Origin: Escherichia phage vB-Eco-KMB40
Direction: 5' to 3' (one strand)
Sequence record: OR539220.1
DNA: 64,000 nucleotides
The translations under genes were made by a program, and so were the position numbers. Below, one piece after another: positions 36,292 to 45,722 of the stretch. Position 1 is the first letter of the stretch; every line of letters begins with the position of its first letter. The notes under the pieces are model-generated. The model was not told the origin of the DNA. It worked only from the letters and a program-made list of their open reading frames with translations, and ran no database searches.

Positions 36292-36378
36292 TGGTGGGGA
36301 GTGATGGAGTCGAACCACCCGAGTCGCAATGACAATGAATTTACAGTCCACACCGCTACCTCTACGGGATAACTCCCC
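36292..36378 (-). tRNA. probable tRNA-Tyr (anticodon GUA), long variable arm
   Basis: Canonical acceptor, anticodon arm (loop CTGTAAA) and T arm; 15-nt variable arm; D arm non-canonical (4 nt between acceptor and D stem). Confidence 0.6.
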
Positions 36379-36390
36379 TAATTCATAATT

Positions 36391-36465
36391 TGGTGGCCCT
36401 GGGTGGAATTGAACCACCATCTGGCGATTATGAGTCGCTTGCTTGAACCTTCCAGCTACAGGGCC
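36391..36465 (-). tRNA. tRNA with CAU anticodon (Met, or Ile if C34 is modified as in T4 tRNA-Ile)
   Basis: Manual fold: anticodon loop CTCATAA, T stem GGTGG/CCACC, CCA encoded. Confidence 0.75.
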
Positions 36466-36466
36466 T

Positions 36467-36542
36467 TGGTGCTGATTGACGGAATCGAACCGCCGACATC
36501 CTCATTACAAGTGAGGTGCTCTACCTACTGAGCTAAATCAGC
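36467..36542 (-). tRNA. tRNA-Thr (anticodon UGU)
   Basis: Manual fold: canonical cloverleaf, anticodon loop CTTGTAA, CCA encoded. Confidence 0.85.
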
Positions 36543-36547
36543 AAAAC

Positions 36548-36637
36548 TGGCGGAGGCGATAGGATTTGAACCTATGAGTCGCCGGAGCGACTGCCGGTTT
36601 TCAAGACCGGTGCATTAAACCACTCTGCCACGCCTCC
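36548..36637 (-). tRNA. tRNA-Ser (anticodon UGA), long variable arm
   Basis: Manual fold: anticodon stem CCGGT/ACCGG, loop CTTGAAA, 18-nt variable arm, CCA encoded. Confidence 0.85.
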
Positions 36638-36639
36638 AG

Positions 36640-36713
36640 TCTCCGCGGCAGGATTTGAACCTACGACATTCTGCTCCCAAAGCAGACGCTCTACCAAACT
36701 GAGCTACACGGAG
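36640..36713 (-). tRNA. tRNA-Pro (anticodon UGG)
   Basis: Manual fold: anticodon loop TTTGGGA, T loop TTCAAAT; CCA not encoded. Confidence 0.85.
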
Positions 36714-36723
36714 TAAATTAAAT

Positions 36724-36797
<74 letters not shown>

Positions 36798-36802
36798 AAA
36801 TT

Positions 36803-36889
36803 TGGTGCGAGAAGTGGGACTCGAACCCACAAGGAAATCATTCCGCAGCATTTTAAGTGCTGTGCCTTTACCAATTTGACCATTCTCGC
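36803..36889 (-). tRNA. tRNA-Leu (anticodon UAA), long variable arm
   Basis: Sequence GCGAGAATGGTCAAATTGGTAAAGGCACAGCACTTAAAATGCTGCGG...GTGGGTTCGAGTCCCACTTCTCGCACCA matches T4 tRNA-Leu as recalled. Confidence 0.9.
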
Positions 36890-36890
36890 G

Positions 36891-36963
36891 CTGGGAATAA
36901 AGGACTCGAACCTTTGCATCTAGCAGTCAAAGTGCTATGCCTTACCAACTTGGCTAATTCCCA
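36891..36963 (-). tRNA. tRNA-Gln (anticodon UUG)
   Basis: Manual fold: anticodon loop CTTTGAC, T arm AAAGG-TTCGAGT-CCTTT; CCA not encoded; first tRNA of the cluster. Confidence 0.85.
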
Positions 36964-37049
36964 ATTATTAACAAAGGCTCTCAAACAAGAACCCTTGATG
37001 ATAGAGGGTATTAATCAGTGCGGTATGAGTTAATAATAACAAATAATTC

Positions 37050-37565
37050 TTAAAGCAAATTAAACATTTTAACGGTCGGCAAAACAATTTCTTCTTCTAT
37101 ATAAGAGTATTTAACACTCTCAACTACACGCAAAAAATCATAATCATAATACTCAGAAGCATTACCTAAAATATTAATAAGTCCTTCAAGCACTTTATTA
37201 CCATTCACAAAGAATAAGTCAAATACGCGTTCTTCGTCTTCTTCGGATTTATTACCAAGGTCAACTTCTATATCAAAGACCTTTTTAATGAATTCTGGAT
37301 AAAGTTGTTCTGAGAACAGTCCTTCAACCAAGTATTCATAAATAAAAAGCGATTGCTCGCTGAACAAGCCATTACCACAATAACGTTCAGCTTTAGTACT
37401 AGAATGTCTACTTTTAAACTTCTTTAAAAGATATTGAAATTGTAAGATTTCATGCTCTTCTACGCCAAACAGTGTTTTAGTTTTATAGTTGTCACCATCA
37501 TTTTCCCAGGTAGTGACATCAATTACGTAACCCTGTGGAATTGTAGTACCTAAACAAATATTCAT
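37050..37565 (-). CDS. hypothetical protein (171 aa)
   Basis: ORF track. Confidence 0.45.
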   Translation of the reverse strand: MNICLGTTIPQGYVIDVTTWENDGDNYKTKTLFGVEEHEILQFQYLLKKFKSRHSSTKAERYCGNGLFSEQSLFIYEYLVEGLFSEQLYPEFIKKVFDIEVDLGNKSEEDEERVFDLFFVNGNKVLEGLINILGNASEYYDYDFLRVVESVKYSYIEEEIVLPTVKMFNLL

Positions 37566-37855
37566 TTGCTCACCATATTAATGTAAGTATATTCAATACA
37601 TTCAAGACCCAAAGGATTCTTGAAAATATCATATTCAAGAGGACCTTTTTCCGTTTCAATAAAGAAATCAAAATTTACTGTATTAAATTTACGGTCTTCC
37701 TTCACTAATTTAACCTGAGAAGATGAACGGTCAATGTAAACCTTTTCAACTTCAAAACATGTTAAAATGCCATAATCATCAATCAAGGCTTTAGCTGCTT
37801 CTTGATCATATTTATATCCATTTTCAATGGATGATACTTTAGCATAAAGAATCAT
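37562..37855 (-). CDS. hypothetical protein (97 aa)
   Basis: ORF track; ATGA overlap. Confidence 0.45.
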   Translation of the reverse strand: MILYAKVSSIENGYKYDQEAAKALIDDYGILTCFEVEKVYIDRSSSQVKLVKEDRKFNTVNFDFFIETEKGPLEYDIFKNPLGLECIEYTYINMVSK

Positions 37856-37857
37856 TA

Positions 37858-38268
37858 TCAGCCTCTATCAACGATAGCATGAGTATGGGCATTTACGATT
37901 TGCCACCAGTCGAAACGATTGGAACCATAATCTGGTTTATTTTCATTTTCTTTAATGATATCACGCAGTTTATCTTCTGTTTCAGCATACGCAATTAAAT
38001 CATCATATCCGCCACAAGGATAATAATTATCACCTGCGAATAAAAGAAAATTTACCTTAGATGGATTTACGTAATAATGGTCTTTAGGATATTTAGTTCC
38101 TCTCCAATCAGTTACTTCAACATAACGATAAGAAAATCCATTTTTACTTTCAATCCAACTCCACGCTTCAAAAGGAGTATTAAAAACTTTATCAGGTATT
38201 AAATTACCTTCAAAATGAGAAGGATTTGCATAATCCCCAGCATAAACATAATATTCGTTAATACTCAT
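37858..38268 (-). CDS. hypothetical protein (136 aa), Tyr/Trp-rich
   Basis: ORF track. Confidence 0.45.
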   Translation of the reverse strand: MSINEYYVYAGDYANPSHFEGNLIPDKVFNTPFEAWSWIESKNGFSYRYVEVTDWRGTKYPKDHYYVNPSKVNFLLFAGDNYYPCGGYDDLIAYAETEDKLRDIIKENENKPDYGSNRFDWWQIVNAHTHAIVDRG

Positions 38269-38454
38269 CTATTCACCTTTAGAAATTTTATCCATAACAA
38301 TAGCGATTAAACCAATTAAAAATGCTACTACAAGTGAAAACACATTTTCTGCTGTAGTTAATAATCCGCATATAAATCCAACAAACATTGAAAAACTGAA
38401 AGCGGAAGCAGAAATTGCAATAGCAACATTTCGAATTAATTCACAACGTTTCAT
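38269..38454 (-). CDS. small membrane protein (61 aa)
   Basis: Two hydrophobic helices; own early promoter. Confidence 0.45.
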   Translation of the reverse strand: MKRCELIRNVAIAISASAFSFSMFVGFICGLLTTAENVFSLVVAFLIGLIAIVMDKISKGE

Positions 38455-38482
38455 TTTATTCTCCTCAGTAGTTGATAGGGTA

Positions 38483-38512
38483 ATAGTATCACTACCCCGT
38501 CTAAAAGTAAAC
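38483..38512 (-). promoter_or_regulatory. T4-type early promoter (-35 GTTTACT, -10 TACTAT)
   Basis: Repeat element cctcagtagttgatagggtaatagtatcac shared with promoter at 38776. Confidence 0.6.
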
Positions 38513-38519
38513 TTATTTT

Positions 38520-38747
38520 TTACGAAAAAATTGATTTATTTTCTGCTGCCCATTTTTCAATAACTGCAGCAGGACCAGTGACAACAATTTTATCACCGTA
38601 ATCTTCTGCGGCGAGCTGACCATACATATTCAATGAACGACCGAGAACTTCCCAAGGCATTTCACCCATTTTATCTTTCTCGCCAGTGTAAATAAACTCA
38701 ACTTTTACATCAGCAGTTTCAGCAATAAATTCTTGATAAGTTTTCAT
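38520..38747 (-). CDS. small internal-protein-like head protein with capsid-targeting N-terminus (75 aa)
   Basis: N-terminus MKTYQEFIAE identical to the T4 IP capsid-targeting consensus; own promoter. Confidence 0.55.
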   Translation of the reverse strand: MKTYQEFIAETADVKVEFIYTGEKDKMGEMPWEVLGRSLNMYGQLAAEDYGDKIVVTGPAAVIEKWAAENKSIFS

Positions 38748-38775
38748 TTTATTCTCCTCAGTAGTTGATAGGGTA

Positions 38776-38805
38776 ATAGTATCACAACTAAAACCCTATG
38801 TAAAC
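38776..38805 (-). promoter_or_regulatory. T4-type early promoter with 7-bp inverted repeat (ATAGGGT/ACCCTAT) spanning the -10 and spacer
   Basis: Minus strand TTTTTCACAAAGTTGTTTACA-N17-TACTAT. Confidence 0.6.
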
Positions 38806-38823
38806 AACTTTGTGAAAAATTTA

Positions 38824-39108
38824 TTACAAAAGATTTTTAGCAATAATTTTAAGCTGAGCTACTGAAATATGCTTGGCTTTAAACAAAGCAGTTTCTTCAG
38901 CAGGGGAGATAACGATTGTAGCACCATCTTTCTTAGCGGACCATCCATCACCCAGGTAAACAGTACCTTTGACTTCTTCGCCATCAACCAGGCTAATCAT
39001 CGGTTTACCTTCACGTCCTTTGTTTGCTTTAATAACTTCAGAAGTAAGGGTCGCTTCAGTCAAAGTAGAAGCGTTAGTGGTTGAAGTGAATTCTTGATAA
39101 GTTTTCAT
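38824..39108 (-). CDS. ipI: internal protein I-like head protein (94 aa)
   Basis: N-terminus MKTYQEF; 94 aa versus 95 aa T4 IPI; immediately 3' of 57B as in T4; mature part divergent. Confidence 0.6.
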   Translation of the reverse strand: MKTYQEFTSTTNASTLTEATLTSEVIKANKGREGKPMISLVDGEEVKGTVYLGDGWSAKKDGATIVISPAEETALFKAKHISVAQLKIIAKNLL

Positions 39109-39138
39109 TTTATTTTCCTAATTAATTTTGATGAGGTA

Positions 39139-39169
39139 ATAGTATCACTACCTCATCAGCATGTAAACA
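39139..39169 (-). promoter_or_regulatory. T4-type early promoter with 9-bp perfect inverted repeat (GATGAGGTA/TACCTCATC) flanking the -10
   Basis: Minus strand AAAGTTGTTTACA-spacer-TACTAT; palindrome arms overlap spacer and start region. Confidence 0.55.
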
Positions 39170-39180
39170 ACTTTGTGAAA

Positions 39181-39865
<685 letters not shown>

Positions 39866-39866
<1 letters not shown>

Positions 39867-40579
39867 TATAGTACCTTTAGTGTATTTTTAATTTTAGAAA
39901 AAAGTTCTTCAAGAGAACCATCGTTTGTAATTACTAAATCGCCATCACGAATTGGCAATCCAGCTTCTGTAATATGTGTATCATTGGATTTTTGACCAGG
40001 ACGAACTACATGAATTACTGTAGCACCCATCGCCCTAGCCGCATCCATTTCATGATCTTGACGGGTATCAGGAACGATATAATAATCATAACCTGAGTTA
40101 AATTTATCAAGATAATCTAAAGCAAATAATTTTACCCAATACATGCGGTCGAAGTTATTAACAATCAAATCCGTACCTAGGGCTTGCATCAGACGACGGA
40201 CTGACCATTGATCTTCAATATTATTTATAACGTCAGCAATCTTGTTAAATGCTACGAAATTAACTGCGTCATCAAAAACAAACACGCCTTTAATTGGGCT
40301 TTTACTATTAAGATAGCAAAATGCTTGTTCCATAATCGTAATTACTTCTAATTTAGTCAGATTTAAATTAGTCTCACGATCATAGTCAATTCCTTCAAAC
40401 TCTTTACGAGTTAAGCAAGGATAGTCAGTGTTTGCTGCAAATACACCCCATGCATAAGCCAATGCATCCTTAATAGGACCAGCAAGTTGGTATTTAACCG
40501 CAGAATAATTGCTCATGATAAAATCAGCAGTAGTATCTTTTCCACTACGCTTTACACCGCTTAAAAAGATTAGTTTCAT
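39866..40579 (-). CDS. 1: deoxynucleoside monophosphate kinase gp1
   Basis: 237 aa from ATG at 40579 (MKLIFLSGVKRSGKDTT, P-loop GVKRSGKD); matches T4 gp1 N-terminus as recalled. Confidence 0.9.
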
Positions 40580-40628
40580 GTGTTTCTCCTCAAATTTAAT
40601 TAAGATTATAACACACAAAACTGAAGCA

Positions 40629-41159
40629 TTAAACTTCTGCTATAATTTTTCCATCTTTTTCTACTTGAAAATAGGTGTAAGGAATCGTTGCAGTACATAC
40701 TAAGGCCGGGTCTGAATCTTCTGTGTAGCTAAATTCTACTTCAGATAGGTCAGAAACCCAAGGCTTATAAAAATTTATTGACATCACGATTTCAGTTTTG
40801 CTATTATCTAAGATGTAAAGCGTAATGTACTCAGGACCTGTTTTTTGGGCAGTATTTTCACCTGTAAGATAGTTGCTAGTTCCTAGCATCCATTCATACA
40901 TTCCTATCCATGACTTAAGTTCTTCATCAACTATAAATCTCACAATGAGTGGATCATACTCAAATGTAACACCTGGACGTTGTGCTCGGCCTAGTCCAAA
41001 CGGCCCAGTCACGGTATCAGTAACAGGTATTCTAATTCCTGGAATAGGAACTGACTGGGCATTTAAAGTAAAAGCAGATGTAGTATTACTATGTGGTATT
41101 GATACTACAAAGTTAGTTGTATTTGCTTGGTTAAAAATTTGTTGCAGAGCTTGCGACAT
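40629..41159 (-). CDS. 3: tail completion / sheath stabiliser gp3
   Basis: 176 aa from internal ATG (MSQALQQIF), same length as T4 gp3; track ORF extends upstream. Confidence 0.8.
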   Translation of the reverse strand: MSQALQQIFNQANTTNFVVSIPHSNTTSAFTLNAQSVPIPGIRIPVTDTVTGPFGLGRAQRPGVTFEYDPLIVRFIVDEELKSWIGMYEWMLGTSNYLTGENTAQKTGPEYITLYILDNSKTEIVMSINFYKPWVSDLSEVEFSYTEDSDPALVCTATIPYTYFQVEKDGKIIAEV

Positions 41160-41265
41160 ATATTCCTCATAATGCTTTATAACTGTTAGTGGTATAATGG
41201 GTCTAAGTCCCTTCCATTCAATTCCATTTAGAATAAACAACAGAAAAGAATGGAAGATAATAGAA

Positions 41266-42090
41266 TTAGATATTTGACCAGACTTTGTTTGCAGAGAAAC
41301 GTTTTCCTTTTGAAACGAACTGCTGAAGTGGCATCAACACAACGTTCGCCCAGTCTTTCGGGGCGATTTCAACAAGGCTACCCATAATATTACCAGGTAT
41401 ATATGCCTTAATCATTTGGTCTGCACCCCTAAATCCTTTCACTTGACTCCAATCAATTTTTAATTTCGTTTTATTAGTAATAGTAGGTGTATTTGCATAT
41501 TGCTTTAAAAGCTCTTCTAGAAATTGCTGACGAGCTTTAGGTGGAATATAGTGCAAGTTCAATCCGTACATTAAATTATGCTTACCTAAACCAAGGTAAA
41601 TTATCAAAGGAAATTTATCCCAGTAAGGAAGAGTTTCCTTGTGTTTAGCATCATAAGCAAAAGCATATATTCGTCCCGGTTGCGGGCGAACAACTTTATG
41701 TCCTTTTACTTGCTTAATAGTTTCAGCAAACCACTTTCTGGTTTTATTATTAATTGCTGCACCTTCATTACGAATTTTATCACGCAATGTTTGTCTGAAT
41801 GAATTTATCATAAGCAGTTGTCTTTCTTGCTTATTGAGCTTATTCATTGGTTTTGATTCAAGCTTTTGAATCTTTTCAGCTGTTTTAATTCCTGAAGCAT
41901 ATTTTGACATTGCTGAAGTAAACGTGGAGTATTTGATTCCTCTTTCTTCAGCAAATTGTTTTCCTGTCATTCCTTTTGCTTTGGCCTTTTTATATTCAAG
42001 ACCTATTTGAATCCATTTCTTTTCGTTTAATGATTGCTTAACCTTTGGAACTTGGGGAGTGCTTTCATTAATTATTTGAAAAATAGCCAT
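41266..42090 (-). CDS. 2: DNA end protector protein gp2
   Basis: 274 aa, as T4 gp2; position between genes 3 and 4. Confidence 0.85.
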
Positions 42091-42542
42091 TATGCCCCCT
42101 TAAAGCCAAGAGCTCGTAATCCATCTTCTGTTAGAATTCTAAATTTTATTCCACGCTTTTCAGCTAAAGATTGTGCTGCTTTCCATTTGTCGGTATTAAC
42201 GGAATATGTATAAATTTCATTCATAAATCTTTTCTTCGCTGCGGTTGTTAGATGTGCTGGTTTAACTGGTGGTTGTGTTTCTTTTTTAGGTTTTATTTCA
42301 ATAAAAAATTCTTGTCCAGAAGAATCTTTCATCCAAATATCCATGAAGTATCTACGTTTTTTCCCTTCTGCATTACAAAAATAAGGAATTACTGCTGTTT
42401 CACTACCCCATGCAATAATTTCTGGATTTTTATCTAACCATTCAAAAAAGAATTTTTCCCAATTTGATCTATACGTAATTTTTTTAGGGTCACCTCTATA
42501 TTTTGATATATTTTTAGGAACCCATTTTCCAGAATATGCCAT
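42090..42542 (-). CDS. 4: head completion protein gp4
   Basis: 150 aa, as T4 gp4; divergent from gene 53 across late-promoter region. Confidence 0.85.
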
Positions 42543-42553
42543 TGGATTCTCCT

Positions 42554-42576
42554 TATAAATAGATAATATATTTATA
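42554..42576. promoter_or_regulatory. divergent late promoters (TATAAATA on plus for gene 53; TATAAATA on minus for gene 4)
   Basis: Plus TATAAATA at 42554..42561; complement of plus 42569..42576 is TATAAATA; both upstream of SD sequences. Confidence 0.65.
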
Positions 42577-42589
42577 AACAGGAGGGCCC

Positions 42590-43180
42590 ATGCTCTTTAC
42601 ATTTTTTGATCCGATTGAATATGCGGCCAAAACGGTGAATAAAAACGCGCCGACTATTCCTATGACAGATATTTTTAGAAACTATAAAGACTATTTTAAA
42701 CGCGCTCTTGCGGGATACCGCTTACGTACTTATTATATCAAAGGTTCACCACGCCCGGAAGAATTAGCAAATACTATATATGGAAATCCACAGCTGTATT
42801 GGGTTTTATTGATGTGTAATGATAATTATGATCCATATTATGGATGGATTACTTCACAAGAAGCAGCTTATCAAGCATCTATACAAAAATACAAAAATGT
42901 AGGTGGAGACCAAATAGTATATCACGTGAATGAGAACGGTGAAAAATTTTATAATTTAATATCATACGATGATAATCCATATGTTTGGTATGATAAAGGC
43001 GATAAAGCTAGAAAATATCCTCAATATGAAGGAGCGCTTGCTGCGGTCGATACGTATGAAGCGGCTGTTCTTGAAAATGAAAAACTTCGTCAAATAAAAA
43101 TAATAGCAAAATCAGACATCAATTCATTTATGAACGACCTTATACGTATAATGGAGAAATCTTATGGAAATGATAAGTAA
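42590..43180 (+). CDS. 53: baseplate wedge protein gp53
   Basis: 196 aa, as T4 gp53; first late gene after promoter; GGAGGG SD. Confidence 0.9.
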   Translation: MLFTFFDPIEYAAKTVNKNAPTIPMTDIFRNYKDYFKRALAGYRLRTYYIKGSPRPEELANTIYGNPQLYWVLLMCNDNYDPYYGWITSQEAAYQASIQKYKNVGGDQIVYHVNENGEKFYNLISYDDNPYVWYDKGDKARKYPQYEGALAAVDTYEAAVLENEKLRQIKIIAKSDINSFMNDLIRIMEKSYGNDK

Positions 43181-44891
43181 TAACCTTAATTGGTTTGTTG
43201 GTGTTGTTGAAGATAGAATGGACCCATTAAAATTAGGTCGTGTTCGTGTTCGTGTGGTTGGTCTGCATCCACCTCAAAGAGCACAAGGTGATGTAATGGG
43301 TATTCCAACTGAAAAATTACCATGGATGTCAGTTATTCAACCTATAACTTCTGCAGCAATGTCAGGAATTGGAGGTTCTGTTACTGGACCGGTAGAAGGA
43401 ACTAGAGTTTATGGTCATTTTTTAGACAAATGGAAAACTAACGGAATTGTCCTTGGCACGTATGGTGGAATAGTTCGCGAAAAACCGAATAGACTTGAAG
43501 GATTTTCTGACCCAACTGGGCAATATCCTAGACGTTTAGGAAATGATACTAACGTATTAAACCAAGGCGGAGAAGTAGGATATGATTCGTCTTCTAATAT
43601 TATCCAAGATAGTAATCTAGACACTGCAATAAATCCCGATGATAGACCACTATCAGAGATTCCAACTGATGATAATCCAAATATGTCAATGGCTGAAATG
43701 CTTCGCCGTGATGAAGGATTAAGACTAAAAGTTTATTGGGATACAGAAGGATATCCGACAATTGGTATTGGTCATCTTATCATGAAGCAGCCAGTTCGTG
43801 ATATGACCCAAATTAATAAAGTTTTATCAAAACAAGTTGGTCGTGAAATTACCGGAAATCCAGGTTCTATTACAATGGAAGAAGCGGTAACTTTATTTGA
43901 ACGCGATTTGGCTGATATGCAACGTGACATTAAATCACATTCTAAAGTAGGACCAGTCTGGCAAGCTGTCAACCGTTCTCGTCAAATGGCATTAGAAAAT
44001 ATGGCATTTCAGATGGGTGTTGGCGGTGTAGCTAAATTTAACACAATGTTAACTGCTATGTTAGCAGGAGATTGGAAAAAAGCATATAAAGCCGGTCGTG
44101 ATTCATTGTGGTATCAACAAACAAAAGGCCGTGCATCCCGTGTTACCATGATTATTCTTACGGGGAATTTGGAATCATATGGTGTTGAAGTGAAAACTCC
44201 AGCTAGGTCTTTGTCGGCAATGGCTGCTACTGTGGCGAAGTCTTCTGATCCAGCTGACCCTCCTATTCCAAATGACTCAAGAATTTTATTCAAAGAACCA
44301 GTTTCTTCATATAAAGGCGAATATCCTTATGTGCATACAATGGAAACTGAAAGTGGACATATTCAGGAATTTGATGATACCCCTGGGCAAGAACGATATA
44401 GATTAGTTCATCCAACTGGAACTTATGAAGAAGTATCACCATCAGGGAGAAGAACAAGAAAAACTGTTGATAATTTGTATGATATAACCAACGCTGATGG
44501 TAATTTTTTGGTAGCCGGTGATAAAAAGACTAACGTCGGTGGTTCAGAAATTTATTATAACATGGATAATCGTCTTCACCAAATAGATGGAAGCAATACA
44601 ATATTTGTACGTGGCGATGAAACTAAGACGGTTGAAGGTAATGGAACTATCCTAGTTAAAGGTAATGTTACTATTGTAGTTGAAGGTAATGCTGACATTA
44701 CAGTTAAAGGAGATGCTACTACTTTAGTTGAAGGAAATCAGACTAATACAGTAAATGGAAATCTTTCTTGGAAAGTTGCTGGGACAGTTGATTGGGACGT
44801 TGGTGGTGATTGGACAGAAAAAATGGCATCTATGAGTTCTATTTCATCTGGTCAATACACAATTGATGGATCGAGGATTGACATTGGCTAA
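43164..44891 (+). CDS. 5: baseplate hub / tail lysozyme gp5 (cell-puncturing needle)
   Basis: 575 aa; central lysozyme domain paralogous to gene e (MLRRDEGLRLKVYWDTEGYPTIGIGHL); C-terminal VxGxxT beta-helix repeats. Confidence 0.95.
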   Translation: MEMISNNLNWFVGVVEDRMDPLKLGRVRVRVVGLHPPQRAQGDVMGIPTEKLPWMSVIQPITSAAMSGIGGSVTGPVEGTRVYGHFLDKWKTNGIVLGTYGGIVREKPNRLEGFSDPTGQYPRRLGNDTNVLNQGGEVGYDSSSNIIQDSNLDTAINPDDRPLSEIPTDDNPNMSMAEMLRRDEGLRLKVYWDTEGYPTIGIGHLIMKQPVRDMTQINKVLSKQVGREITGNPGSITMEEAVTLFERDLADMQRDIKSHSKVGPVWQAVNRSRQMALENMAFQMGVGGVAKFNTMLTAMLAGDWKKAYKAGRDSLWYQQTKGRASRVTMIILTGNLESYGVEVKTPARSLSAMAATVAKSSDPADPPIPNDSRILFKEPVSSYKGEYPYVHTMETESGHIQEFDDTPGQERYRLVHPTGTYEEVSPSGRRTRKTVDNLYDITNADGNFLVAGDKKTNVGGSEIYYNMDNRLHQIDGSNTIFVRGDETKTVEGNGTILVKGNVTIVVEGNADITVKGDATTLVEGNQTNTVNGNLSWKVAGTVDWDVGGDWTEKMASMSSISSGQYTIDGSRIDIG

Positions 44892-45420
44892 TATACTTCC
44901 AATGAGCGCTGATTTAGGAGAATCCATGGAAGGTTCTTCTATCGACGTCACCTTTACCGCTCAATTAGAAACAGGTGAAACGTTAGTATCTATAAATATA
45001 ACTAGTTACGAAGAAACTCCTGGGGTTTTAGTAGAAGAAAGTCGCTTATACGGAACATATGAATCTGTATTTGGTTTCGGAAATGACGCGTTGAAATATC
45101 GTTTAGGTGATGAATTTAAAACTGCTGCTTCATGGGAAGAACTTCCTACTGATTCTGACACTCAGTTGTATTTGTGGAAAGCTCCTCAAAATCTCCAGAA
45201 GACATTCACTTACGAAGTAACATTAATATATGACTACCAAGAACAAAGTGAATCTGGAGGTTCTGGCAGTAATTCTAGGTCATCTTCTGATACTACTGAA
45301 CCGACGGATCCTCCTGCTCCAGTAAGAAAAACTCTCGTTAAAAATTATACTAAAACTATAGTTGGAAATTGGAGTCGTTGGGCTAATAAATTAAGAAGCT
45401 ATGTGTATGAGAGGCCATAA
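44863..45420 (+). CDS. hypothetical protein at T4 5.1 position (185 aa; alternative start at 44902)
   Basis: ORF track; Ser/Gly/Thr-rich C-terminal region. Confidence 0.55.
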
Positions 45421-45714
45421 ATGTCAGGATTAAGTTATGATAAGTGTGTTACTGCTGGCCATGAAGCGTGGCCTCCAACAGTTGTGAATGCTACACAAAG
45501 TAAAGTATTCACTGGAGGAATTGCTGTTCTCGTAGCAGGTGATCCAATTACAGAACATACAGAAATTAAAAAGCCATATGAAACACATGGCGGAGTGACA
45601 CAACCCAGAACTTCTAAGGTATATGTCACTGGAAAGAAAGCTGTTCAAATGGCTGATCCAATATCATGCGGTGATACTGTGGCTCAGGCATCATCTAAAG
45701 TATTCATTAAATAG
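45421..45714 (+). CDS. 5.4: PAAR-repeat spike-tip protein gp5.4
   Basis: 97 aa, as T4 gp5.4; follows gene 5. Confidence 0.8.
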
Positions 45715-45722
45715 GATTTAAA

